A stretch of 64,000 nucleotides of DNA from a virus (IMGVR_UViG_3300045988_129366:12651-76650), one strand, 5' to 3'. Positions 37,289 to 47,114 are shown, counted from the stretch's first letter. Numbers and translations are program-made. The notes: generated by a model not told the origin, from the sequence alone.

Positions 37289-37725
37289 CGCCAGCCTCCT
37301 TTCGTGCGTAGGTTCGTAGCGTCAAACATACCTCCGCTGTCGGTCACTTCCTCGTCCACCTCCGCGCCAAGCTCCCTGCGCAACTTGTCGCCAAGTGCGC
37401 GGAAAGCCTCGCGGTCTTTGGTGGTGAGGGGGTAGCCTCCGATGGAGATTTGTCTGTTGCCGCGCTTCTCACTTTTCGTGCCGCCTGTGATTGCCGCCGA
37501 CATCGAGTAGTAGAGGGTAGAGAGTGCGTAGTTTAGCGACTTGGCAAACGTCTCGTCCATCACGCCATCCACGATGTAGCTTTCCACCTCGTCGGTCAGC
37601 GTAACGGGAGCGATAGCCGTCGGTTTTGCCATAATCGGGGACAAAGCAGCCGATTCAAGCACACTGCGCTCAATCTGCGTGCCTATTCCCTGAAACTGTC
37701 CTCTTAGCCAATTCTCTACCGTCAT
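37285..37725 (-). CDS. structural-module protein (hypothetical)
   Basis: 146-aa ORF downstream of capsid gene. Confidence 0.4.
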   Translation of the reverse strand: MTVENWLRGQFQGIGTQIERSVLESAALSPIMAKPTAIAPVTLTDEVESYIVDGVMDETFAKSLNYALSTLYYSMSAAITGGTKSEKRGNRQISIGGYPLTTKDREAFRALGDKLRRELGAEVDEEVTDSGGMFDATNLRTKGGWR

Positions 37726-37738
37726 ACTCTTCTCTCAC

Positions 37739-39109
37739 TTAGGATTTGGTGTAGTAGGTCTTGCCCGACTGCACGGTGGTGTCCTCGGTCAGCACATAGC
37801 TGTCGCCTACTTTCTCATAGTAACCCTGCGTCTTGGGGTTGCCGGTGGGAGAAGTCACTGCGGTGTAGGTGACGGTAGTGCCACTCACCTCGTAGTAGAA
37901 CATCTTCTTCGGCACGGTAGGCACGGCAAGGCAAGTCAGCTCGGACTTCCACTTCTGAGTGCGGTTATCCTTGTCGTAGATATACTCGATGATACCCTTG
38001 CCGTCGAAAATGTCGCCGAAGATGGCGGATTTGTCGGGGCGCACGGGTGCCACGTTGTAAATCTGTCCGATGATGCCCGAGGGACGCACGAGAATCACAT
38101 CTTCGTCGTAGGGCGAAATCGGTGCGACATCGTAGTTCTTGTTTGTGGAGTTGAATGTCTCCTGACCTACCACATTGGTATGCACAATCAGCGCGTCAGC
38201 ACCGATGGCAGTCTGAATGAATGTCTTGGCGTAGTCGATGCCGTTCGTGAGAATCTTTTCCCATCCTGCGGTCTGTGCTGCTGCCTGGTCTTTCTGATTG
38301 GAAAGCGAAAGCGTGCGTTCTCCGGCGAAGCCGATACGCTGCAACACTTTGGGGTGCTTCATCAGACGGAGATAGGTGGCGTTATCCATCTCAACGACCA
38401 CGTTGGTGTAACCGCGATATTTGTCGGTCTTGAGGTCGTAGATTTTCTCCATCAGCACCTGAATGGGGTCGATGGTAGTGACGTAGGTAACATTACCCGA
38501 TGCGTCCACGCTATACCAGCTCTCTTTCTTGATGTTGGCTTCGGGGATGTGCGACTTATAAGTCACGCCCTGCAAGCCTCCGGGGTTGTTTGCCGCGGTC
38601 AGCGTAAGTTCGCGCTTGAACTTCATCTGACCTACCTGATAGGTAACTGAGTTGCGGTGACGGTCGGGGAACTGCTTCATGCGGTCGAAAAGACGGTTCC
38701 ACAGATACTCCTTGATGGAGTTTTCGGGGATTTCGCCTCTGAGTGCGCCGAGTGTCGCGGCTTTGTTCGCCTCTATGAGTTCCTTGCGGTAGTCCTCCTC
38801 GCCATACACCTCTAACCATTTCTGACGTGGAATCGAGCCGGTGTATTTCTTAAGCGTGGTCTTGCGCCCACGGGGAGTCGGGTCTGAGTAGAGGTCTACA
38901 TAAGTAGCCATTGCGCTCAGTATGCCCTCACCCTCTAAAAACTCATAGTCGAAGTCAATCTGAGGGTCAGCCCACTCAAAGCCTTCGATGTCCAGCCCCT
39001 CTGTTTCGCGGTCTTTCAGCGCGGACTCGTAGTAGGTCTGGAATGTCTTGTGTGACGCGAGGCCGAGAGTTCCAGCCAAGTCGTCAAGTCCTAAAAATCT
39101 TGTGTCCAT
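37739..39109 (-). CDS. putative major capsid protein
   Basis: 456-aa ORF following scaffold-like gene; size/position typical. Confidence 0.55.
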   Translation of the reverse strand: MDTRFLGLDDLAGTLGLASHKTFQTYYESALKDRETEGLDIEGFEWADPQIDFDYEFLEGEGILSAMATYVDLYSDPTPRGRKTTLKKYTGSIPRQKWLEVYGEEDYRKELIEANKAATLGALRGEIPENSIKEYLWNRLFDRMKQFPDRHRNSVTYQVGQMKFKRELTLTAANNPGGLQGVTYKSHIPEANIKKESWYSVDASGNVTYVTTIDPIQVLMEKIYDLKTDKYRGYTNVVVEMDNATYLRLMKHPKVLQRIGFAGERTLSLSNQKDQAAAQTAGWEKILTNGIDYAKTFIQTAIGADALIVHTNVVGQETFNSTNKNYDVAPISPYDEDVILVRPSGIIGQIYNVAPVRPDKSAIFGDIFDGKGIIEYIYDKDNRTQKWKSELTCLAVPTVPKKMFYYEVSGTTVTYTAVTSPTGNPKTQGYYEKVGDSYVLTEDTTVQSGKTYYTKS

Positions 39110-39112
39110 TGC

Positions 39113-39487
39113 TTACGATTCTTTGATGAAAGTGATTGCGCCTTTGAGGGCGGTTTTCTGTGCGGTTGTATAAGCTGTGCCTGAATAGCGGTCTTCAAGG
39201 ATGCGGCCGCGAGTTACGATGGTGAGGGTGCAGAAGTCTGCGCCCATCGTTACATCGTCAAGGGTCAGACCGATAGGGGCCGAGCCGTTGAGTGTGGCTT
39301 CGCCGCCGGGCTTGCTTACCGAAATCGGGGTGCCAGCAGGGATAACCTTGCCCTCGGGATAGCTGTCCGATTTTTTCAGCACCGCGCCTGAGGGGTAGCG
39401 TTCGTACACGTCAAGCCAAAGCACCACTCTTTCGACCTCTACGGGTCCGGCAGATGTATTCCCGAAGGAATGTCCGTAATTTGCCAT
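39113..39487 (-). CDS. small head protein (hypothetical)
   Basis: 124-aa ORF between scaffold and capsid. Confidence 0.4.
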   Translation of the reverse strand: MANYGHSFGNTSAGPVEVERVVLWLDVYERYPSGAVLKKSDSYPEGKVIPAGTPISVSKPGGEATLNGSAPIGLTLDDVTMGADFCTLTIVTRGRILEDRYSGTAYTTAQKTALKGAITFIKES

Positions 39488-39532
39488 GATTTGTCGGTGT
39501 TAAGTTAAACTTGGGTTAATTCTCGGCAATCG

Positions 39533-40276
39533 TCACTCCTTGCCCTGCACTCGCCCTGACTTCTGATAGATTTTCATTACCTCGGTCATGTCGAGTTCTG
39601 CTTCGCCTCCCGCGCCGCCGTCGCTCTGGAACGGCTTGGTGGTGTCAATGCCTTTCTTGCTCACGCGCTCGTTGAAAGTTTCCTTGTATTTCGCTGTGAG
39701 CTGTTCGGCTGTCCACGTCTTGCCGATGCCGTTGTAGATACCCATTGCCATGTTGTAGGCATACTCGCTTTCGTCGGGATAGCCTTTCGCATAGTCCCAT
39801 GTGGCTTTCAGCTCTTCAAGAGCGGCTACTGCCGATTTCTGCGACTGTGCTGTCTCAAAGTTGTTCAGACGCTCGGTTATCGGATTCAGCTTCTTGTCAA
39901 GAGCCGCCTCGATAAGAGCCGCGATGTCGGGAGTGTCCTGCGGTTTCGGTTCGGGATTGGATTCGGGTGGTTGGTTGCCGGTGTCAGAGGGTTTCGGAGT
40001 AGGCTCGGGCTTCGGTTTGTTCTCGAAAGCACGGAGCTTGTCGTTCACGCTCTGATACGATTTGAGCAGATTGAGTGTGTTTTCGCTGTTGACGAAGCCC
40101 TCAATCGCGCTCTCGTCTGTGATGAAAGTTTCTACGGAAGCGGCTACCCTTTCAAATACCTCGTCACCAATACCCAGCTGTAACTGCCCGAGTTCCTTGT
40201 TTGCCCTCGTTCCGTACTTCTGTTTAAGTGCTTCCTTGATTTTTTGCTTCATTATCAATGAATTGTGGTTAAACAA
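39533..40276 (-). CDS. putative scaffolding protein
   Basis: 247 aa, coiled-coil rich with Pro/Glu linker (KPKPEPTPKPSD...EPKPQD), first gene of leftward head operon. Confidence 0.5.
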   Translation of the reverse strand: MFNHNSLIMKQKIKEALKQKYGTRANKELGQLQLGIGDEVFERVAASVETFITDESAIEGFVNSENTLNLLKSYQSVNDKLRAFENKPKPEPTPKPSDTGNQPPESNPEPKPQDTPDIAALIEAALDKKLNPITERLNNFETAQSQKSAVAALEELKATWDYAKGYPDESEYAYNMAMGIYNGIGKTWTAEQLTAKYKETFNERVSKKGIDTTKPFQSDGGAGGEAELDMTEVMKIYQKSGRVQGKE

Positions 40277-40278
40277 AA

Positions 40279-40320
40279 AGAGCCGACTATCCCGTGAAGG
40301 ACAATCGGCTCTGTGGCTCT
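40279..40320 (-). terminator. GC hairpin repeat copy 2 acting as tRNA terminator
   Basis: minus strand AGAGCCAC AGAGCCGA-loop-TCGGCTCT followed by TTTTGTTT; 12 nt downstream of tRNA 3' end. Confidence 0.55.
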
Positions 40321-40331
40321 AATTCTATTTG

Positions 40332-40403
40332 TGGCGCGGGACGGACTCGAACCGCCGACCTTTGGGATATGAACCCAACGAGCTACCGCTGCTCTACCGC
40401 GCT
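40332..40403 (-). tRNA. tRNA-Met (anticodon CAT), initiator-like
   Basis: Hand-folded cloverleaf: D-arm GAGC/AGCGGTA/GCTC, anticodon arm TTGGG-TTCATAT-CCCAA (three G-C pairs next to loop), T-arm GGCGG-TTCGAGT-CCGTC, acceptor with 1:72 A-C mismatch, A73, no encoded CCA. Confidence 0.7.
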
Positions 40404-40419
40404 ATGCCTAAAAACCAAC

Positions 40420-40467
40420 AGAGCCGACAAATGCATCGCTGCATCCATCGGCTCTGTGGCTCTGTGG
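40420..40467. repeat. GC hairpin repeat copy 3 (upstream of tRNA)
   Basis: agagccgac-aaatgcatcgctgcatccat-tcggctct gtggctct gtgg. Confidence 0.55.
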
Positions 40468-40480
40468 TTAACAATCTTTT

Positions 40481-40666
40481 TTACCTGTCGAGGCTGTACT
40501 TCCGTAGGTCTATCGGTATCTCTTTACCGCATTTCTTACAGAATAGATAGACCGTGCCGCGCCCTACCAAATCCTCGTACTTGGCAAGCAATTTCGGCTT
40601 GCGACCTAATTCCGCACATCGCGGGCAATATATTCCTGCCTTCATACAATTTTCTTCTGCGTGCAA
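40481..40666 (-). CDS. small zinc-ribbon protein (hypothetical)
   Basis: 61 aa with CPRC...CKKC. Confidence 0.3.
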   Translation of the reverse strand: MHAEENCMKAGIYCPRCAELGRKPKLLAKYEDLVGRGTVYLFCKKCGKEIPIDLRKYSLDR

Positions 40667-40840
40667 ATATAATATTATTTAGTAGATTATACAAGAAAAA
40701 CTATAAAATAACTTTAGATTTTATTATCTTTGCACCATAATCAGAGCCGCAGAGCCACTTGACCCCATCGGGACAGGTGGCTTTCGCGGTTTTTAAGCAT
40801 CCGTGAGTATGAAAATCAATTACAGCGATACAGAGATATA

Positions 40841-42607
40841 ATGTTCAGACTGCTCAATTCTGACATACAATTTCCGGCACTCTATCCCCGCGTAGAGCGC
40901 AAACTTGCCACGGTCAAAAGCAAGAGCAAAACGATTGTGGGAGGGTTTGAGTTGCGCCATAAAATAGACTACATTCCGCAGGTGGGGCTTCAGGAGAATG
41001 TATGCGCCTCGGAGTGTAATCTTGTGTTTATGTGCGGACAAGGCACGTCGGGCAAGACTTTCTCCATGTACCTTAAAGCACTTTCAGGCGTAGACAAGCA
41101 GGATTTCAAGGCTCGTCTTATCTCCGTCCGTGCATTGGACTCCAAAAAAGGTTCGTCAATTTTCACGGACGGTGTAAAGGTCTGCGGAGGCTTTGCTGGA
41201 TGTCAAGCAAGTTCATCAGATATTCCCTCGTTTGTATGGCCGCAATGGAACTCAAACCTCCAGCTCATACACTCAAATTTCAACTACGCCAATCCCGACG
41301 AAAAAAAGCTGTTTGAGGACTACGCCAAGAAAAATCAAGCTTCGCTGATAATGATTGACGAGGCGACCGAAATGAATCACTTCGGCATGTTCTCGTTTTG
41401 GTTCATGCGTAACCGCGATGATTCGGGTATGATTCCGCAGATGATTCTCTCGTTCAACCCTCTACATGAGCATTGGACTACGGAAATGTTACGTGACGCA
41501 GGCTATCTCGGAGCGGACTGGTATCTGCGCAGGGATATGATCGGCAAGATACGCTATTTCTATGTTAAGGGTGACACTCCGGCTGAAATTATTTGGGGCG
41601 ACACGCGCGAGGAAGTTGTAGAGAAAGCCAATCCCCGAATATCGCAGGAGGACAGAGAGGCGGGACTTACCGAAGCCGATATGGTGAAATCGTTTACCGT
41701 GTTTACCGGCACTGCCGCAGATAACCGCGAGCTTGTAAACGCCACAGGTGGTCAGTCAGTCGCCAACCTCCACGCTGTCGGCGGAACACAACGCGCCATT
41801 GTCGGAGAGGCATACTTCGGTCCGGTGGAAAACGAAGAAATCAACGTAAGCCGCTCAATGATCCATTCGTTGTGGGAAAACCCGATTGGCAGCAAGGATG
41901 CTAACGTATATGCCACAATGGATATTTCCAAAGGAGGCGTTGATTCCGACGGCTGCCCCTGCATCATTTGGAAAGGCTTGCAGATAATAGCCATTGAGTT
42001 TTTCCGAAAAGACACCGAATCCGAGGAAACACATCAGTTGGAGAATTTCATAAACGGCATACTCTTTCGCTACAACATACCAATCTCAAACTTCGCCTAC
42101 GATGCAAACGGCATTGGCGGTCTGATTGAGGACTTCCTAAAAAAGGGGGCGAGAGGCATTAGCGGTCAAGGACGGGTAGAACAGGAGTATGACGAGAATG
42201 GTAATCAGGTAACGGTAGCGAGATATTTCAACCTCCGCTCGCAACTTCTCGGTAAGACAGAGATAATGCTGAAAAAGGGAGAAATCTCCGCTGGCGTAAG
42301 CAAAGACCTTGTAATCCCCTACGGCAAGAAAGGACAACGCCGCCGTCTAATCGACGTGCTTTTCGATGAAATCAACGTGTTCATCACAACCGACCGCAAC
42401 GGCAAAATCTACTACCGCAAGAAAGAGGAATACAAGGACAAATTCAAGTCCTCGCCCGACCTAATGGACGCTATTTCCTACCGGGCAATCTTTGAACTCG
42501 ACACACGCGAGAGGAAACAACCCACTCCACAAGTCGCCTCGGACGCATACGACGCGCTCTATCAAAATATAAACTACGGATGGGGAAGCCGACGGATTCA
42601 TAGATAA
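40841..42607 (+). CDS. terL: terminase large subunit
   Basis: Walker A CGQGTSGKT, Walker B LIMIDEATE, 588 aa, followed by portal-sized ORF. Confidence 0.8.
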   Translation: MFRLLNSDIQFPALYPRVERKLATVKSKSKTIVGGFELRHKIDYIPQVGLQENVCASECNLVFMCGQGTSGKTFSMYLKALSGVDKQDFKARLISVRALDSKKGSSIFTDGVKVCGGFAGCQASSSDIPSFVWPQWNSNLQLIHSNFNYANPDEKKLFEDYAKKNQASLIMIDEATEMNHFGMFSFWFMRNRDDSGMIPQMILSFNPLHEHWTTEMLRDAGYLGADWYLRRDMIGKIRYFYVKGDTPAEIIWGDTREEVVEKANPRISQEDREAGLTEADMVKSFTVFTGTAADNRELVNATGGQSVANLHAVGGTQRAIVGEAYFGPVENEEINVSRSMIHSLWENPIGSKDANVYATMDISKGGVDSDGCPCIIWKGLQIIAIEFFRKDTESEETHQLENFINGILFRYNIPISNFAYDANGIGGLIEDFLKKGARGISGQGRVEQEYDENGNQVTVARYFNLRSQLLGKTEIMLKKGEISAGVSKDLVIPYGKKGQRRRLIDVLFDEINVFITTDRNGKIYYRKKEEYKDKFKSSPDLMDAISYRAIFELDTRERKQPTPQVASDAYDALYQNINYGWGSRRIHR

Positions 42608-42624
42608 TTCAAAATTCAACAAAT

Positions 42625-44340
42625 ATGAACAAACTCGATGTAAACATTAGCCAACATCTTAAAAAGCAATACTGGAAACGCCGCGTGGTAGGCGATTTGC
42701 CCGTGCCACCACCGACCGACAACGGACACTATGAATTTCCAGTCAACGAGCCAGCGGGTGTAAATTTCCGCTATCTCTCGCAGGAGGACTTTATGAGGGA
42801 AATAGAGCCATCGGCTCACGACATAAATTCAAAATACCAAAGCACTCGCCCTATCCGAGAGTTATTCGATGTCAAAGACGCAGAGGGGCAACCGATACTT
42901 GATAAAGACGGCAACCCCAAAAAGGAGTGGCGCATTGTAGGATTCGACGATTTGGAAACCACTCGCTACGGCTTGCAGAAACGAATTGCCCTCACCAAAG
43001 CCGCACATTTCGCCGGAGAGGGATGGGGAATCTACAATGAGCAATCCGATACATCAAAAGAAGCTCACGAACGTTTCGACCGCCTGAACTCATGGAAAGA
43101 TGTTGCGGGATATGACAATCTGTTTATGGAAGCGGCTCTTTCCTGCTTTCAGACCGGCGACTTCGGGTGCTACCCCTATGTTACCCCCGACGGCTCTATC
43201 GAATATATGTCATATTCCTACCTCGACGGCTACGAGATATTCCCGGACATTGACGAGAACCGCAATGAAGCTTTCTATGTATCGTATTCCCTCAAAGGTC
43301 GCCCGGCGGTTGATGTATTTAAGGTTGACGCAATCGAGACATGGGTTCAGGCAGATTTGACAAACACCGAAAACAGCGGAGTGCAGTCATGGTTCAGCAA
43401 GGTAAAAAATTGGTTCAAGAGTCGCGACTTCGCCGTGAGCGAGGACGGTTGGCATCGAGTAGCCCGGCGTGAGACGCAGACGCCCGCCGGATTGGGGCAA
43501 TTTATTTATTGGCGCATACCCGATATTCCCAGCGGTGTGGCTCAGGAAGATATATCGGCGTTGGAACGTACTGCGTCTTACGTTGCCGAGGGTGTCAAGG
43601 CTACGACATTCGACACACTATTCATTAAGGCAACAAAAATAAAGAACTTGCCCGGCATAGGCGGCGCAGGAAATGTGATTGGCGTGGAGGGCGATGTGGA
43701 TTCCGTCAAAGCCGCCGACGCCAAACGCATCGCTCCGAGCGATGTTTCCAACGTCGCTACAATCGACATCAAAGAGAAAAAGGATAGCATACTTCACTCA
43801 ACACTCTCCGTCATCGTTGATCCAGAAGTGCTTCGCAGTGGAGCCGATTCGGGGGCAGCCATGAAACTCTGTTTCAACGATGAAGTGAAGTGGTGTATGA
43901 CAATGCAGCCTCACTTCTACAAGCCGCTCAAAAAACTTGTCGCAATTCACAAGGCGCTCGTAGCTAAAATCGAGGGCGACGGCGAGTATATGAAAATACG
44001 TTGTTCTGTCGGTATGAACATTTGGATTCCCCAGAACTTCAGTGAAAATGTCGAAAATGTCTGCAAGCTCAAATACGCGGCTATTCTCTCCGCTGAAAAT
44101 TCACGCCATGAACTCGACATCAACTACCCAGACGATATGAATATTATCCGTAAGGAAGTTGAGGAAGATTTATACCAAAAGACTTTCGTGCCACTTAAAG
44201 CCAAGTATGAGGCAGAAAAAAAGTATGGCATTGCAGATGTGGCTGACGATGTGATTGTCAGTGAAAAGGACGATGCAAACCCCGATAAACCGCAAGACCA
44301 ATCAAGGCAAGGCGTGACGAACCAAGCTACGAGACGTTAG
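42625..44340 (+). CDS. putative portal protein
   Basis: 571-aa ORF directly downstream of terL. Confidence 0.55.
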   Translation: MNKLDVNISQHLKKQYWKRRVVGDLPVPPPTDNGHYEFPVNEPAGVNFRYLSQEDFMREIEPSAHDINSKYQSTRPIRELFDVKDAEGQPILDKDGNPKKEWRIVGFDDLETTRYGLQKRIALTKAAHFAGEGWGIYNEQSDTSKEAHERFDRLNSWKDVAGYDNLFMEAALSCFQTGDFGCYPYVTPDGSIEYMSYSYLDGYEIFPDIDENRNEAFYVSYSLKGRPAVDVFKVDAIETWVQADLTNTENSGVQSWFSKVKNWFKSRDFAVSEDGWHRVARRETQTPAGLGQFIYWRIPDIPSGVAQEDISALERTASYVAEGVKATTFDTLFIKATKIKNLPGIGGAGNVIGVEGDVDSVKAADAKRIAPSDVSNVATIDIKEKKDSILHSTLSVIVDPEVLRSGADSGAAMKLCFNDEVKWCMTMQPHFYKPLKKLVAIHKALVAKIEGDGEYMKIRCSVGMNIWIPQNFSENVENVCKLKYAAILSAENSRHELDINYPDDMNIIRKEVEEDLYQKTFVPLKAKYEAEKKYGIADVADDVIVSEKDDANPDKPQDQSRQGVTNQATRR

Positions 44341-44363
44341 AAAGGACATGGCCGAATAAGCAA

Positions 44364-44390
44364 AGGGCGCAAGGTCAATCCCTGCGCCCT
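44364..44390. terminator. bidirectional terminator hairpin between convergent portal and DUF3127 genes
   Basis: AGGGCGCAaggtcaatcccTGCGCCCT. Confidence 0.5.
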
Positions 44391-44415
44391 CGTTTCTGTT
44401 CCTACGCTTGGCAGA

Positions 44416-44760
44416 TCAGAACGGTAATGGGCCTCCCATGCTGTCCGTCGGTGCTTGTGCCTGCTGATAGACGGGCTGCTGAGGCACAGGTTGCGCACCT
44501 TGACGCTCCACTTTCCATGCGTTCAGCTGGGTGAACCACCTGCCGTTCCATTCGCGGCTTTCCGCGTCGAAAGACACTTTCACTTCCTCGCCGACATTCG
44601 GGCACTCGTTCACCTTGTCGCCGAAAAGCTGCATACACACTTTCTTCGGGTATTGCCCTGCGGTTTCGATTACGAACTCCCTTTTCTGAAAGGCTTTGCC
44701 CGATTTGCTTGTGCCGCTTACCAAATCTAAGACAGCAACTGTTTTTCCTTGTAATTCCAT
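44416..44760 (-). CDS. DUF3127 family protein
   Basis: MELQGK...FQKREFVIETAGQYPKKVCMQLFGDKV...VKVSFDAESREWNGRWFTQLNAWKVER matches DUF3127 pattern. Confidence 0.7.
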   Translation of the reverse strand: MELQGKTVAVLDLVSGTSKSGKAFQKREFVIETAGQYPKKVCMQLFGDKVNECPNVGEEVKVSFDAESREWNGRWFTQLNAWKVERQGAQPVPQQPVYQQAQAPTDSMGGPLPF

Positions 44761-44771
44761 ATATTTGTTGA

Positions 44772-45479
44772 TTAATTCTCAATTTTATTATTCAGAATAT
44801 CCTCCATGCGAACATCATTCTTGCTATCAAGTTCCTCTATCACGTTTTGCGGTATATCGAGCAACTTGCAGGGGTCGTATTTGAAGCCTCGTTCCTCCGC
44901 ATAAGCCTTTGCCCGACAATAGGAACAATCATCAAACACGCGCCCCTCCAATATCTGCGTTTCTACAAACGCACGATACCGACATTCTGACTTACAACGA
45001 GCCATAAGTACCCTTACGGGCTTTATCTGCTGTTCCTCGTCCTCCTTAATCAGTTTCAGCTTAACAGCAATATCCGCAATCAGCTTAATCGTTTCGGGGT
45101 CTAAATCCTCGCCCTTTTCCATAAGCGAAAGCGCACGATTCACAAGCACTTTGAGAGCGTTATCCTTGCGGGAGTCATTGATAACATCGCTTGTTGCAAT
45201 CTTTACCGTCCCCTTTGTCAATGCCTCCAAATGCGCCCTCATAGCATCCATATATGCTATGTTGTTCGGGTGCGAGAAAAACATCCGGCACTCACTTTGT
45301 CCCGCCTTATTCAGTTTTCCGTTCTTATCAAGCAAGTGGCGATTGAACAAAGCATAAGCCGCCGAATTGGAGCAACCGTAGAGAACTACATACGACATCA
45401 TATCCTTTTCCGCCTTAGTTTGCTTGAAATCGTCGTTGTTAGCCGGACGGTGGAACTGTATCTTTTCTGTTTCTGCCAT
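44772..45479 (-). CDS. hypothetical protein with Cys pairs
   Basis: 235-aa ORF. Confidence 0.45.
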   Translation of the reverse strand: MAETEKIQFHRPANNDDFKQTKAEKDMMSYVVLYGCSNSAAYALFNRHLLDKNGKLNKAGQSECRMFFSHPNNIAYMDAMRAHLEALTKGTVKIATSDVINDSRKDNALKVLVNRALSLMEKGEDLDPETIKLIADIAVKLKLIKEDEEQQIKPVRVLMARCKSECRYRAFVETQILEGRVFDDCSYCRAKAYAEERGFKYDPCKLLDIPQNVIEELDSKNDVRMEDILNNKIEN

Positions 45480-45480
45480 A

Positions 45481-45756
45481 TCACTTCATTTTACGTAACT
45501 GATAAATCGACGCATCGAGAACGCGCCCGATAACATAAGGCGACGGCATGGTGATATTCGCCCCTCTGCGCCACTTCTGAATGTAGTGCAACGCCTTGGC
45601 AATCTCGCTCGGCTTTAATTTTGTGTGGTCTAACTCGCATTGGTCGCCGCAATACGTACTGTGTCCGACAAGCTCGCAATATCCGAAGCCGTCCGAACAT
45701 TCAGGGTCGCGGAAACAACAACCGTTACCACAGCACGGTATTCTACAATCGCTCAT
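45481..45756 (-). CDS. small Cys-rich protein
   Basis: MSDCRIPCCGNGCC... Confidence 0.4.
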   Translation of the reverse strand: MSDCRIPCCGNGCCFRDPECSDGFGYCELVGHSTYCGDQCELDHTKLKPSEIAKALHYIQKWRRGANITMPSPYVIGRVLDASIYQLRKMK

Positions 45757-46157
45757 ATCGCTTCACTTGCTTTATATACACATCTTACTTTTATCCCATA
45801 GATAGCCCTCATCATCTTGACCTTTAAGACAAATTCTTTCGGCAGCATTTTCGGGCTTATCTTCACATCTTCAATAATACGCTCGCCGTCTTTCGTGTAG
45901 GCAAAATCGGCGGTGTAGGTGATCGGGAGCTGTGCCGTCCGCTCGCAAATCTTGTCCTTTGTCTTTAAGTGTTTGACGTAGGTCTCTGTGATTTTAGGGA
46001 TAAGCTCCCATTTCGGCTGCAATTCCAAATCGGAAATGATGCCCTTTTCTTGCGCCTCTTTCAGCACAATATATCGGTCCTTTTCACGCTTGCTGTCAAA
46101 CGTGTGGCCATTGAAAGACACCTTGCTATTGCCGTATTTCGGTCTGTTCACTCTCAT
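45753..46157 (-). CDS. DUF1064 family protein (phage nuclease-like)
   Basis: KYGNSKVSFNGHTFDSKREKDRYIVLKEAQEKGIISDLELQPKWEL resembles DUF1064. Confidence 0.6.
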   Translation of the reverse strand: MRVNRPKYGNSKVSFNGHTFDSKREKDRYIVLKEAQEKGIISDLELQPKWELIPKITETYVKHLKTKDKICERTAQLPITYTADFAYTKDGERIIEDVKISPKMLPKEFVLKVKMMRAIYGIKVRCVYKASEAI

Positions 46158-46531
46158 TCCTTTTCGTAGTCCATTATGTTATCGCAGTCAATTTCATCAG
46201 TAGAGTTATATTTCACACTGTCCTCACCGACGGCTATTGTTGTTGTGTATATCTCATCGCTTTGGTTGAAATCTACATAGATGCTTGCGTTATATTTCTC
46301 CAACAGCCCTTTCAGTTCCGATAGAAAAGCGGTCTTGGGGTCGTATGGAGGTTCGTCGCTATGCACGACCATATCAGCACATATCCACGTTTCTTCGCCA
46401 TCATCGAAAAGCACCGTATAGCCATCGCAAACACCTATCGGGTCAATATCAATACTTGTTATAACCCCGAGCGCACCGTTATCGGTACACATCACACGGT
46501 CGCCTACATTGAACTTCTTCTCCATACTCAT
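46154..46531 (-). CDS. hypothetical protein
   Basis: 125-aa ORF. Confidence 0.4.
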   Translation of the reverse strand: MSMEKKFNVGDRVMCTDNGALGVITSIDIDPIGVCDGYTVLFDDGEETWICADMVVHSDEPPYDPKTAFLSELKGLLEKYNASIYVDFNQSDEIYTTTIAVGEDSVKYNSTDEIDCDNIMDYEKE

Positions 46532-46881
46532 TCTTCTATCGGTTTTACTTCTAATAAAAGTGCTTCCTCTCTACTGAAACCATCTTTCCCTATCCCCTCA
46601 ACTATCGCCCACGCCTCCCAACGCTCCATCAGCTTGGAAATTGTCATATTCTCGCCATAGATACTGCGGAGCATAAAGGTAAATTCCGGCGAGTTGATGC
46701 GGAAACGGCAGATCTGCACAATCCGCATATCAGTCCGCTTCCATGTACTCTCGAACAAAACCCAATCTCCCGGCTTTGCTTTCTGTAATGCTTGGTTGCA
46801 GTACATTCCAATCGGGAGAATTGCTTGCGCCACACTTCTCGTCTGAGGGGTCGGGTGCTGTATCTTTATCGGTCGGGGCAT
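46528..46881 (-). CDS. hypothetical protein
   Basis: 117-aa ORF. Confidence 0.4.
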   Translation of the reverse strand: MPRPIKIQHPTPQTRSVAQAILPIGMYCNQALQKAKPGDWVLFESTWKRTDMRIVQICRFRINSPEFTFMLRSIYGENMTISKLMERWEAWAIVEGIGKDGFSREEALLLEVKPIEE

Positions 46882-47114
46882 GGTATTTCGGTTTGTTGGT
46901 TCTCAATTACAGTACCGCAAGTAGGGCATCTTACGGTACAATCAACTCGCGTTATTGTGTTACGCAAGCCTCCCCACGCTCCATCATTTTGCACTTCATT
47001 CAGGTGCCAATTCGCATCCGTAGTGTCAAACTCAAATTCGCACTCGCAGATGGGGCATTTAGCCTTGTACCGCTTGATGTTCGGCTCTCTTGTTATCTTC
47101 TTTGCCATACTCAA
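46866..47114 (-). CDS. zinc-ribbon protein
   Basis: CPICEC...CPTCG. Confidence 0.45.
   Translation of the reverse strand: MSMAKKITREPNIKRYKAKCPICECEFEFDTTDANWHLNEVQNDGAWGGLRNTITRVDCTVRCPTCGTVIENQQTEIPCPDR

Noticed and set aside
44772-45479. Small terminase subunit assignment for the 235-aa ORF
   Set aside because: On the opposite strand from terL and no recognisable terS motif by eye, so left as hypothetical.
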